DNA of 64,000 nt from Candidatus Gastranaerophilales bacterium (GCA_900768915.1 CAAGEQ010000010.1:45963-109962), one strand, 5' to 3'. Positions 18,710 through 28,390 are shown, counted from the stretch's first letter. Numbers and translations are program-made. Notes: generated by a model not told the origin, from the sequence alone.

Positions 18710-19660
18710 ATGAGTTGGTTAGGTTGGCAAATAGATTATTTATTGTTCTTACAAAATTTTAGAGATGTATCACATCATATTTTTGATAATTTCTTTTTAA
18801 CAATTACTTTGTTTGGACAAATATTTGTACCTCTGACTATTATATGTTTGATATATTGGTGCATAAATAAAAAAATAGGTTTTTATATTGTATCAACGTA
18901 TTTGTACGGTTTTTTAGTTAATATATTTTTGAAAACAACGGCTTGTATATATCGTCCTTGGTTGTTAGATTCAAGAGTAAAACCATTAACTCAAGCGATT
19001 GCAGGTGCTACAGGATATTCATTTCCGAGTGGTCATACTTCAGAAGTTGTGACTGCATTTGGTTCTATTGCAAAATCTTTTTGGGACAATAAATTTTTAA
19101 GATATTTATGTTTTGCAGTTATATTTTTAGTAATGCTTTCTCGTAATTATCTTGGTGTGCACACTCCTCAAGATGTTATAGTCTCATTTTTCGTAGGTAT
19201 AGGTTTAATATTTGCGAATGAAAAAATATTGAAATGGGTAGATGATGGTAAAAATAGAGATTTTATTCTAATATCTGTTGTGACAATTGCTTGTGTGTTA
19301 TTAACTTTATATGTTACGTATAAAAGTTATCCTATTCATTATTTGAATGGAAAAGTTTTGTATAATCCATATTTTATTAAAACTGATATTTATATAAAAG
19401 TTGGTTTTATATTGGGTGCATTGTATGGTTGGTGCATTGAAAAACGCTTTGTAAACTTCTCTGCTGAAATTGGTTCTATTCTGCATAAAGTAGTTCGATT
19501 TGTTGTTGGTATAACTGTTTTTTATGTTTTATTTAATTTTGCTAACAATGTTTTAGTTCTTTATCTAGGTAAAAAATTAGGTTATTTAATTGGATATTTT
19601 GTTGTAGGTTTATTTATGACTCTGATTTATCCATTTTGCATTAAATTGACTCAAAAATAA
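18710..19660 (+). CDS. PAP2 superfamily membrane phosphatase
   Basis: Motifs KxxxxxxRP (KTTACIYRPW), PSGHTS, SRNYLGVHTPQDV. ATG at 18710 follows GGAG; multi-TM. Confidence 0.75.
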   Translation: MSWLGWQIDYLLFLQNFRDVSHHIFDNFFLTITLFGQIFVPLTIICLIYWCINKKIGFYIVSTYLYGFLVNIFLKTTACIYRPWLLDSRVKPLTQAIAGATGYSFPSGHTSEVVTAFGSIAKSFWDNKFLRYLCFAVIFLVMLSRNYLGVHTPQDVIVSFFVGIGLIFANEKILKWVDDGKNRDFILISVVTIACVLLTLYVTYKSYPIHYLNGKVLYNPYFIKTDIYIKVGFILGALYGWCIEKRFVNFSAEIGSILHKVVRFVVGITVFYVLFNFANNVLVLYLGKKLGYLIGYFVVGLFMTLIYPFCIKLTQK

Positions 19661-19752
19661 GTTATAATTTTTTTGTATGTCTTTTGTTATCAATATGTTT
19701 GTGTTACCTTATAAATGTTCGGAATACCTAAACATGTTGAGGAATGTTATTT

Positions 19753-20691
19753 ATGATAAATAATAAAGAATATACAAAAGAAGAATTATTAGATTTGTAT
19801 GAAAAACCATTAGAAGAATTAATTGAACTTTCACACGAAGTTACTATTGAAAATTTTGATAATAAGGTAGAGGCTTGTAGTATTATCAGTGCAAAGACAG
19901 GTGCTTGTAGTGAAAATTGTAAATATTGTGCTCAAAGTAAACATAATCATGCAGAAATTGAATGCCACCCACTTTTAGATGTAGAAACTGTTAAAAAGGC
20001 TGCTTTAAGTGCAAAGGAAAATGGTGCGACTCGTTTCTGTATCGTTACATCTGGACGTGTGCCAACAGATAGCGATTTTGAAAAAATATTAGAAATGATT
20101 AAAGAAGTTGCTTCAATTGATGGTATTCATTGTTGTGCGTCATTAGGTTTGTTATCAGAAGAACAAGTTAAACAAATTAAAGAGGCAGGTGTTGAAAGAT
20201 ATAATCACAATATTAACACTTCTGAACATTATCATAATCATATTTGTACAACTCATAATTTTGAAGATAGAGTTAATACAGTTAAAATGGTTAAAAAATA
20301 TAGTATGGAAGCCTGTTGTGGTGTAATTGTTGGTATGGGTGAATCTCGTGAAGATAGAATTGAGATGGCTTTATCTTTAAGACAACTTAACCCTAAAACA
20401 GTTCCAATAAATTTCTTAAATCCAATCAAGGGAACTCCATTAGAAGATTATGAAGATAAAATTTCAGAAGAAGAAATTTTAAAGACTATATGTATTTTTA
20501 GATTAGCACTTCCAAAATCTTTGTTGAGATATGCAGGTGGTAGAACTACTCGTTTGAGTAAATATAATCAAAAATTAGGTATTATTGCGGGTATAAATTC
20601 TTTATTAGTAGGTAATTACTTAACTACAACTGGCTCAAAATCTGAAGAAGATAAGGAAATGTTAAAGAGTTTAGATTTGGTTATGAACTAA
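19753..20691 (+). CDS. bioB: Biotin synthase (radical SAM), paralog 1
   Basis: CSENCKYCAQS, YNHNINTS, CCGVIVGMGE, RYAGGR. ATG at 19753 lies 9 nt after GAGGA; an alternative ATG is at 19744. Confidence 0.85.
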   Translation: MINNKEYTKEELLDLYEKPLEELIELSHEVTIENFDNKVEACSIISAKTGACSENCKYCAQSKHNHAEIECHPLLDVETVKKAALSAKENGATRFCIVTSGRVPTDSDFEKILEMIKEVASIDGIHCCASLGLLSEEQVKQIKEAGVERYNHNINTSEHYHNHICTTHNFEDRVNTVKMVKKYSMEACCGVIVGMGESREDRIEMALSLRQLNPKTVPINFLNPIKGTPLEDYEDKISEEEILKTICIFRLALPKSLLRYAGGRTTRLSKYNQKLGIIAGINSLLVGNYLTTTGSKSEEDKEMLKSLDLVMN

Positions 20692-20733
20692 ATTAATGTG
20701 ATAAAATTTAATTATACAGTAAGGAGTTGTTCT

Positions 20734-21084
20734 ATGTATGATGAAATTTTTGAGAAGTTGGCAAAATCTGATTTCAGAAGTAAATTCAAATTAAAAGAAA
20801 AAGATTTTGAATATATAAATGCTAAAGGTATTGATACTATTAGACAACATGCTCATGATTTTATCAAAAAACGAATTGCTCCTTCTTTTATTCCGAATGA
20901 TGAACGACAAACACCGATGAAAGGTCACCCTGTTTTTATTGCACAACACGGAACTGGTACTTGTTGCAGAAAATGTATCAGTAAATGGCATAATATTCCA
21001 AAGGGTGTAGAATTAACTACCTCTCAACAAAATTATATTGTTGATATTATTATGGAATGGATAAGGCGACAAATGGAAAAATAA
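20734..21084 (+). CDS. DUF4186 domain protein
   Basis: KGHPVFIAQHGTGTCCRKCISKWHNIPKG matches my recollection of the family. ATG follows AAGGAG. Confidence 0.65.
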   Translation: MYDEIFEKLAKSDFRSKFKLKEKDFEYINAKGIDTIRQHAHDFIKKRIAPSFIPNDERQTPMKGHPVFIAQHGTGTCCRKCISKWHNIPKGVELTTSQQNYIVDIIMEWIRRQMEK

Positions 21085-21085
21085 T

Positions 21086-22255
21086 TTATTTTTCTGTTCT
21101 CAATCTGGTTACAAAGTTTTTAAGTCTATCCATTGCAATTTTTAATTTTTCAAGGGAGTATGCATAAGATATTCTTAAATATCCTTCTCCGCTATCACCG
21201 AATGCTGTTCCAGGAATTGCTGCAACTTTTTCTTCTTCTAAAAATCTTGTTGCAAATTCTTCGCTTGTCATTCCAAACTCTTTTATACAAGGGAAAACAT
21301 AGAATGCTCCAAATGGTTCAAAACATTCTAAATCCATTTCTTTAAATGCATTCATCAAAAATCTTCTTCTTTGATTATAAGATTTTTTCATCTTTTCAAC
21401 ATCTTCATCACCATTTTTTAGTGCATCGACTGCTGCATATTGGCTAATTGTTGGAGCACACATTATTGCGTATTGATGAATTTTTGTCATTTGTGCAATG
21501 ATGTCTTTGTTTCCACAAGCATATCCTAATCTCCAACCAGTCATTGCATAAGATTTTGAAAAACCATTGATTAAAATTGTTCTTTCTTTCATTCCATCAA
21601 TGCTGGCAATAGATATGTGTTTGTTTTTGTAACTTAATTCACTATATATTTCATCGGAGATTACAAATATATCGTGTTTAATGATTACTTTTGCAATTGA
21701 TTCTAAGTCTTCTTTTTCCATAATAGAGCCGGTTGGATTATTAGGAAATGGTAAAATTAGAACTTTTGTTTTGTCTGTTATAGCATTTTCTAATTCTTTT
21801 GCCGTTAATCTAAATTCATTTTCAGCTTTCAAATTTATTATAACTGGAACTCCGTCCGCTAAAACTGTACAAGGTTCATAAGAAACATAAGATGGTTGAG
21901 GTATTATTACTTCATCACCAGCATTAAGCATTGCTCTTAGTGCGATGTCGATTGCCTCTGAACCACCAACTGTAACAACAATTTCATTATCAGGATTGTA
22001 AGATAGTCCTTGACGTCTTTGCAAATAGTTGTTTATTTCTATTCGTAAGTCTTTTAGACCAGCATTAGCAGTGTAAAAAGTGCGTCCTCTTTCAAATGCG
22101 TAGATGCCTTCATCTCTAATATGCCAAGGCGTTTCAAAATCAGGTTCTCCAACACCAAGCGAAATAGCATCTTTCATTTCACTAACCAAATCAAAGAATT
22201 TTCTTATACCTGATGGTTTTATTTCTGTAACTTTTTTAGATAAAGGATTTCTCAT
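21086..22255 (-). CDS. Class I/II PLP-dependent aminotransferase (aspartate/alanine type)
   Basis: SKSYAMTGWRLGY (PLP lysine), PNNPTG, 389 aa. Confidence 0.85.
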   Translation of the reverse strand: MRNPLSKKVTEIKPSGIRKFFDLVSEMKDAISLGVGEPDFETPWHIRDEGIYAFERGRTFYTANAGLKDLRIEINNYLQRRQGLSYNPDNEIVVTVGGSEAIDIALRAMLNAGDEVIIPQPSYVSYEPCTVLADGVPVIINLKAENEFRLTAKELENAITDKTKVLILPFPNNPTGSIMEKEDLESIAKVIIKHDIFVISDEIYSELSYKNKHISIASIDGMKERTILINGFSKSYAMTGWRLGYACGNKDIIAQMTKIHQYAIMCAPTISQYAAVDALKNGDEDVEKMKKSYNQRRRFLMNAFKEMDLECFEPFGAFYVFPCIKEFGMTSEEFATRFLEEEKVAAIPGTAFGDSGEGYLRISYAYSLEKLKIAMDRLKNFVTRLRTEK

Positions 22256-22734
22256 GGTGTGATAATCTCTCTTTCATCTTCTTGTTTTTTACCTAAGATT
22301 GTACCATGGTCTTTGTATCTTTTTAAAATAAAGTGTGTTGCAGTACTTAGAACACTATCAAGTGTTGAAAGTTTGTCAGATACAAATCCTGAAATTTCTT
22401 TTAAAGATTTTTCTTCTAATGTTACAAGCAAATCGTAACCACCAGAGATTAAGTAAACAGATTTTACTTCCGGATAGTTATAAATTCTTTCGGCTATTTT
22501 ATCAAAGCCTTGTCCACGTTGTAGAGTTACTCTTACCTCAATTAATGCGTTTACTTTTTCTATAGAAGTCTTTTCCCAATCAATTAGTGTATGGTATCCA
22601 CAAATAATGCCTTCGTTTTCTAATTTTTCTAATTCGTTTAAAACTTCTGCTTCTGTTGAACCAACAAGAACAGCAAGTTCTTTAATATCAATTCTACTAT
22701 TTTTTTCAATAAGTGATAAGAGTTCTTCTCTCAT
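22252..22734 (-). CDS. Lrp/AsnC family transcriptional regulator
   Basis: N-terminal HTH (LLSLIEKNSRIDIKELAVLVGSTEAEVLNELEKLENEGII) and a C-terminal RAM/ACT-like domain. 4-nt overlap with the aminotransferase gene. Confidence 0.85.
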   Translation of the reverse strand: MREELLSLIEKNSRIDIKELAVLVGSTEAEVLNELEKLENEGIICGYHTLIDWEKTSIEKVNALIEVRVTLQRGQGFDKIAERIYNYPEVKSVYLISGGYDLLVTLEEKSLKEISGFVSDKLSTLDSVLSTATHFILKRYKDHGTILGKKQEDEREIITP

Positions 22735-22868
22735 TGTTGCTCCTTTGTTTTGTGAAAATATTATTTCTTCGATTATAGCACAATTTTACATTTAGAATAA
22801 TTTATTATTTTAATTTTTTATGTTAAAATCATTCAAAATTATTGATATTCATAGGAAAAGGAGTTTTT

Positions 22869-23411
22869 ATGAAAAGAGAAATTAATGTTTTTGAATATGC
22901 TCAAGAAATTCTCACTGCTGTTAATCAAGGTGTGTTATTAACTACAAAAGCAGATGGAAAAGTTAATTCTATGTCTATATCTTGGGGAACATTGGGTGTT
23001 GAATGGAATAAACCTATATTTACAACGTTTGTAAGACAAAATCGATTTACAAAAGAATTGTTGGATAAAAATCCTGAGTTTACTATAAATATTCCTTTTG
23101 AAAAATATTATGACAAAAAAATAATTGCATTTTGTGGAACGAAATCTGGACGTGATATCGATAAAATTAAAGAGTTAAATTTAACAACCGTAGAATCTGA
23201 AAAAGTTGCACCACCAGCATTTAAAGAATTACCTTTGACATTGGAATGCAAAGTTATTTATAAACAAATGCAAGATATTGAAGCAATTAGTGATGAAAAT
23301 AAAAAATTGCACTATCCACAAAATGTTGATAGTTCATTTCATGGCTCTAATAGAGATGTTCATACAGCATATTATGGCGAAATTGTTAGTGCGTATATTT
23401 TAGAGGATTAA
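22869..23411 (+). CDS. Flavin reductase-like (FMN-binding split-barrel) protein
   Basis: General family pattern (VNSMSISWGTLG..., size ~180 aa). ATG follows GGAAAAGGAG. Confidence 0.5.
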   Translation: MKREINVFEYAQEILTAVNQGVLLTTKADGKVNSMSISWGTLGVEWNKPIFTTFVRQNRFTKELLDKNPEFTINIPFEKYYDKKIIAFCGTKSGRDIDKIKELNLTTVESEKVAPPAFKELPLTLECKVIYKQMQDIEAISDENKKLHYPQNVDSSFHGSNRDVHTAYYGEIVSAYILED

Positions 23412-24189
23412 TGCCAAATTTTTTGTATGGCATTTTTACTTTTTGAAAAACAAATTCAACTGGAGTTTCTTCAAATCCATTCTTTTGAAGAAGTTCATTT
23501 GTATTACACTCTATATCGTGTTCTCCAATGATAACCAGCGAAGTCGAATCTAGTTTTTCGCCAAGTCTTTGGGCTAATTTTTCTGCTGAATTCCCAACTT
23601 TCGGTAAATATCTCCAAAAATTCCTGCATAACAAAACATTATTTGATTTTGGCATTTGTTCAATATTTTGGAATATATCACCTTGTTTAAAGTTTATTTT
23701 TTCTTTAAGTTCAGTTTTGGGAGAGAGTGCTAAATCATCATAAAAATTTATTTTTGGTGCAAAATCGAAATAATCTCTGTATTTACCATTTGTAGCACAA
23801 TTTATATCATATAATTCTTTGTTGGAAATTCCTAATATTCCGTTCTTCGCATTTTGTATATTTTCTGAGTTGTAATCACTCGCTTGTATTGGGAAAAATT
23901 TTTTTGATTTGTTGCCCATTTGTTGTTGCAATTTTATTGCTAGACTAATTGGTTCGTGACCGTCTGAACAAGCATCATTAAATACGTGTACTTCGTCGCA
24001 ATCTTTATATTTATTTTCAAGTAGTCGAACAAATCTATCCCAGTCTAAATCTTCTCTAAAAAAATATGTTGTTGTTTTGTAGGTTGTACCAGTTTTTGTA
24101 TCAATAAATTGTCTGTTATTAGCAGTGAAGTTTGGACAAGATTGATTAATATATGAATTTTGATAATTAGGTCTTGTATTTATGTTCAT
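23386..24189 (-). CDS. Second orphan CheR-type methyltransferase-like protein
   Basis: DACSDGHEPISLAIKL, IQASDYNSENIQNAKNG, NVLLCRNFWRYL run parallel to the CheR motifs. N-terminus carries CPNFTAN. Confidence 0.5.
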   Translation of the reverse strand: MNINTRPNYQNSYINQSCPNFTANNRQFIDTKTGTTYKTTTYFFREDLDWDRFVRLLENKYKDCDEVHVFNDACSDGHEPISLAIKLQQQMGNKSKKFFPIQASDYNSENIQNAKNGILGISNKELYDINCATNGKYRDYFDFAPKINFYDDLALSPKTELKEKINFKQGDIFQNIEQMPKSNNVLLCRNFWRYLPKVGNSAEKLAQRLGEKLDSTSLVIIGEHDIECNTNELLQKNGFEETPVEFVFQKVKMPYKKFGINPLKYTH

Positions 24190-24228
24190 ATATTAATCAA
24201 TGCTTATAAAAAAAATATTTGCTCTAAT

Positions 24229-25899
24229 TTATAATGTTACTGTTGAAATAACTTCTTTTCTTTTAACTTTTCTTGTAGTTGTTCTAGGTAGAGCATCTTT
24301 TCTAACAATAATATCAATAGGACGTTTGTATGGAGTTAGTCTTTGACATTGTTGTTTAATATCTTTTTTTACAATATCTTCTACTGCTTTTTCGTCATTA
24401 TCTTTGTATAATTGTTCTGTCGGAACAACAACTGCAACAATTGATTCTGTTCCGTCTTTTGTTCCGAAATCTCTTGAATGTCCAAATACACAAGATTCTG
24501 TTATATATTTACTCTTTTCAAGGACTGCTTCAACTTCTTCAGGGAAAACTTTTTTGCCCCCTGATAATACAATCATATTTTTAATACGACCAGTAATATA
24601 GATGTGTCCGTCCTTATCGAATTTTGCTATATCGCCAGTGTGTAGCCAACCATCTTCATCAATTGTTTGAGCGGTTAATTCTGGTTGATTATGGTATCCT
24701 TTCATTACAGATGGACCTTTTAGTTGAAGTTCACCAGTTTCTGAATCAATTCTTGCTTCAAAATGTTGTAGAGGTTTTCCAACAGAGGCTAAAACATGAC
24801 GTTTGTCATAATTTACAGAAACAACTGGACTTGTTTCTGACAAACCATAACCTTGATATACTTTTAAGCCGATTCGCTCAAAAAATCTGCCAACATCTAT
24901 ATCCAATGGTGCTCCACCAGATATACAACCAATAAATCTGCCTCCAAATTTGTCGTGAATTTTTTTGAATAATATTTTTTTTACGCTATAAAATGGAATA
25001 AATTTTGCAAAATGATATGTTGCTTTGAATAGTAATTGTGTACTTTTCGGAGATTTATTTAATTCGTTTTCAATAGCAGATTTTAATAATTTTAAAAATG
25101 CCGGTACAACAATCATAAATTCAATTTTTTTATCTCTCATTATGCCTAAAATATCTTTTGGTTTAAGGCTATGAGTGTAATATACAGAGAAACCAAAATT
25201 TAGGAATGTTGAAAAGCCAACAGTCATTTCAAATAAATGATTCATTGGTAAAATCGATAGGACATTTATTTCTTTTGGGGGAAGAATATTTTCTAATGCA
25301 ATTTTAAGGTCTTCCAATTGTGACATCATATTGTTAAAGGTTATTTCAACACCTTTTGGAGCACCAGTTGTACCTGACGTATAAATAATGAATGCTGTTG
25401 AATTGGAACTTCTTAGTTTCCATTTTGTTTCATATTTTTCTGGTAAATTATAGATATTTTCTAACCCAACATTTTTGCAGTGTTCATCAATGACTAATAT
25501 TTTTTTGATAGATGGAAGCTTCTTTTGAAGTTCGATAGCAGTATTTGCGTAATGTTCAGAAACTAACATAATTGTTGGCTTACAATCATTAAGTATAGAA
25601 GTAAGTTCAAAGACTGTTAGTTTAATATCCAAAGGTACTGCTGTCATACCTGATATAATTGAGGCGAAAACACAAGCACCATATTCTGGTTTTGATTCTG
25701 ATAAGATTGCACATTTCTCACCTTTTTTTACGTGTAATTCTTCTATTAGGTGATAGGCTATTCTTCTGGACATTAGCCCTAATCCTTTGTACGAAAATTC
25801 TTTCCAACCGTAGTTATCTTTTATACTTAATGCAGTTTTTTCATTGTAGAAAACGGTTTTTTCCTCTAACAATGATAGGACATTGTTTTTTCTTTTCAT
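24229..25899 (-). CDS. AMP-dependent synthetase / long-chain fatty-acid-CoA ligase
   Basis: YTSGTTGAPKGV, GYGLSETS, GWLHTGD, C-terminal TTRKVKR. Confidence 0.85.
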   Translation of the reverse strand: MKRKNNVLSLLEEKTVFYNEKTALSIKDNYGWKEFSYKGLGLMSRRIAYHLIEELHVKKGEKCAILSESKPEYGACVFASIISGMTAVPLDIKLTVFELTSILNDCKPTIMLVSEHYANTAIELQKKLPSIKKILVIDEHCKNVGLENIYNLPEKYETKWKLRSSNSTAFIIYTSGTTGAPKGVEITFNNMMSQLEDLKIALENILPPKEINVLSILPMNHLFEMTVGFSTFLNFGFSVYYTHSLKPKDILGIMRDKKIEFMIVVPAFLKLLKSAIENELNKSPKSTQLLFKATYHFAKFIPFYSVKKILFKKIHDKFGGRFIGCISGGAPLDIDVGRFFERIGLKVYQGYGLSETSPVVSVNYDKRHVLASVGKPLQHFEARIDSETGELQLKGPSVMKGYHNQPELTAQTIDEDGWLHTGDIAKFDKDGHIYITGRIKNMIVLSGGKKVFPEEVEAVLEKSKYITESCVFGHSRDFGTKDGTESIVAVVVPTEQLYKDNDEKAVEDIVKKDIKQQCQRLTPYKRPIDIIVRKDALPRTTTRKVKRKEVISTVTL

Positions 25900-25978
25900 A
25901 CTTCCCCCTAATAAACACTAAATCTACCTGTATTGTATTATTCCATAATATAAATGTCAATATTGTTATATTAATAGA

Positions 25979-27604
25979 TTATTTTACAATATTTCTGGTT
26001 TGCCAAATATAGGTATTGTCATCTTTAATGCCACCTTCTATATCTTGTGGTACTCCAAATTCTTGTTCTATTGTAAGTGCATCATCAATAATATTATGTA
26101 ATTGTTTGAATAATTTTTTATTATTCGATAAATTATTTTCTATTTTGTCAGAATTAATAATATTCATATCTTCATCAAATGTAACAGATATATTATCCAT
26201 TTGAATAGAATCATATTGTAATTTTTTTGTGTCTTTGTTATACGTGAATATGTGTGGTTGTATAGCATTCTCATAAAACCAAGCATTATCAGAGTATAAG
26301 TCTATTTTTAGATTGTTATTATCATCATCAGTGTATATTGTGAATTTATAGTCTTCATCTATAAAATCTTGAATAATAATTCCGGTTTTTATATCATTAT
26401 CTGGAATTTTGTGACGTTTACGAGATGCAATAGCATCTTTGCTCATTTTTGAATCAGCAACTGTCTCTATGGCATAATATAGCCCCTCTCTTGTGTCTTC
26501 AGGTTCAATGTTTTTGTATACACAAGTAGATGAATAAATTCCTGCCGCAGAATAATTCGGTAAATCTTCACCATTAAAAGAAGAACGTACCATAAATGGG
26601 TTAGAATTTATTTTTTGTTCTTTCATTTTTGATAATATTTCATTCATATTATTTTTTGAATTTTCATCATTATATATTTTATCATTGTTTTCTGTGAATA
26701 GTTTTTCTATATAATTATTCGGAAGTGCAATTGATTTTGGTATTATTGAATGAATTTTTTTTGATTTCGAGAGTTCTTCTAATCGTTTTAAATTTACTGC
26801 TTTTGCCCCTATAATATCACTATTGTATTTATTACTAGTTAGAATTTTGTCACAATTTTTTTGCTGTGGTACATTTATTTTTTTATATTGTTTTGGACTG
26901 TAAGTTTTGTTTGTTTCGTTGAATTTTATATAATTGTCTTTAAGTTCAAGTTCAATATTTTTGCCATTTAATTTTTCTAATTTTTCTATTATTTTAGGAT
27001 TGTATATGGCACCACAAACATCTGTACGTGTTCTTAATTGTGTAGATAAATGAGTGAAACTACCGCTATCATCTGATGTGTATATTATTCCAACAATATT
27101 TGGGTTTGATATGTTTGTATGAAATTTTTTTGCTAAAAGAATTGTTGGTTCATTGATATTGTTTATAAAATCAGAATTATTAAGACCAATATTTTCTTGA
27201 TGTAGAAGTTTACCAGTGGCTTTACCTGATTTTATCGCATGGATTATTGGTTGATTGTGTAGTTTTCTTAGATAAAGAGATGCATTTTGTTGCATTTTTT
27301 TGCAATTTATTTCGTAATCTTTACCGTTTTTGTTATCAATTTTACCACTATCGTCATATTCAATGTGGTAGTTTATTATATTAGATGTTATTGGGATATT
27401 TTGAGTAAAATATTTCCCTTCTTTTTGCATACTTTTTTTGTTTGTGTCCCATTCATAGAAATTCGGTGAAATAAGATAAGGCGAATCTCCTAAATAAGGT
27501 TCGTTGTCAGTTTGTATTGTGACTTCATCATTTTTAGGCCTTATTTTGTATGTATGTGCATCAAAATTGATTTGATTATATGGGTTTAAATAACTTATCC
27601 TCAT
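25979..27604 (-). CDS. Hypothetical protein with a C-terminal PEP/pyruvate-binding (PPDK_N, ATP-grasp) domain
   Basis: GAKAVNLKRLEEL ... MVRSSFNGEDLPNYSAAGIYSS ... IQDFI ... DIEGG resembles the PPDK_N signature (VRSS..EDL...S.AG). ~250 aa unknown N-terminal region. Confidence 0.5.
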   Translation of the reverse strand: MRISYLNPYNQINFDAHTYKIRPKNDEVTIQTDNEPYLGDSPYLISPNFYEWDTNKKSMQKEGKYFTQNIPITSNIINYHIEYDDSGKIDNKNGKDYEINCKKMQQNASLYLRKLHNQPIIHAIKSGKATGKLLHQENIGLNNSDFINNINEPTILLAKKFHTNISNPNIVGIIYTSDDSGSFTHLSTQLRTRTDVCGAIYNPKIIEKLEKLNGKNIELELKDNYIKFNETNKTYSPKQYKKINVPQQKNCDKILTSNKYNSDIIGAKAVNLKRLEELSKSKKIHSIIPKSIALPNNYIEKLFTENNDKIYNDENSKNNMNEILSKMKEQKINSNPFMVRSSFNGEDLPNYSAAGIYSSTCVYKNIEPEDTREGLYYAIETVADSKMSKDAIASRKRHKIPDNDIKTGIIIQDFIDEDYKFTIYTDDDNNNLKIDLYSDNAWFYENAIQPHIFTYNKDTKKLQYDSIQMDNISVTFDEDMNIINSDKIENNLSNNKKLFKQLHNIIDDALTIEQEFGVPQDIEGGIKDDNTYIWQTRNIVK

Positions 27605-27654
27605 ACATGATTAATACGTGTAAATATATAATTTGTTATGTTGTATGATTATTG

Positions 27655-27972
27655 TTACAAAGGTTTAATTTTATTGTTATTTGCATCTGTGAAATTCCCA
27701 CAGATAATTATTATTAAGTCTATAATACACCATATTGATGTAATGAATGCACCAAATATTGTTAGAGTAAGAATTAACATAGTAATGGCTGATGCATTCT
27801 TTTTTAAGTAGAATCTGTGAGCACCAAAAGAACCGAGAAAGAAACATAGTAGGAGTGTAATCAACCAAGTGTTGCAGAGTGTGTTGTTTTGTCTGCAACC
27901 ACAATTCGGACATATTTCAGCATCTTTAAGAATTTCTTTTCCACACTTGTAGCAAAATATTGTTTCTTGCAT
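27655..27972 (-). CDS. Zinc-ribbon plus TM2 domain membrane protein
   Basis: CYKCG...CPNCG ribbon; FFLGSFGAHRFYLKK and IWCIIDLI are typical TM2 motifs. Confidence 0.75.
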   Translation of the reverse strand: MQETIFCYKCGKEILKDAEICPNCGCRQNNTLCNTWLITLLLCFFLGSFGAHRFYLKKNASAITMLILTLTIFGAFITSIWCIIDLIIIICGNFTDANNNKIKPL

Positions 27973-28201
27973 TTTGTATTCCTTTGTTTCTTAACAATAT
28001 TATAGATGTAGTTTATTGATATGTAAACATTGTTTTTTTATAAATGTTTATTTGGTGCATGAATTGCATCAATAAAAAAGATATTTCGGCTAAAGCCTCA
28101 ATATGACGTTACTATTGTCATTTTGAACAATGTGTTTTACAAATTTTACATTACCGTACAAATACTAGTGAAAGATTTATAAAATAATAATTTAACAAAT
28201 T

Positions 28202-28255
28202 AAAAAAAAAATAAAGAGATTCCGAAACAAGTTCGGAATGACTCTATACTAGATT
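28202..28255 (-). repeat. Copy 2 of the hairpin element (perfect 8-bp stem ATTCCGAA/TTCGGAAT at 28219-28239; A10 on +, i.e. T10 after the hairpin on the minus strand)
   Basis: See copy 1 (339-389). The 14-mer TTTAACAAATTAAA directly abuts it (28193-28206) and also occurs at 444-457. Confidence 0.6.
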
Positions 28256-28390
28256 GCGAAAATAAAAATTAAATAAATTAAATCTATGTTTTTTGTTAAG
28301 AAATTTAAAAATTATTATAAAAATCAATCAAATTTTATTTTTACAGGTTTTATTTAGAACGAATAAAACAATTAAAATAAAGGTAAAAAA

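Noticed and set aside
19661-19752. BirA-type bio operator upstream of bioB paralog 1 (and 61511-61560 for paralog 2)
   Set aside because: Only a weak 6-bp inverted repeat (ATGTTT...AAACAT) was seen. There is no TGTxAACC/GGTTxACA-like pair and no sequence shared between the two bioB upstream regions.
27677-27913. 78-aa minus-strand ORF overlapping the TM2 gene in another frame
   Set aside because: The alternative frame (27655-27972) carries clear zinc-ribbon and TM2 motifs. This frame has none.
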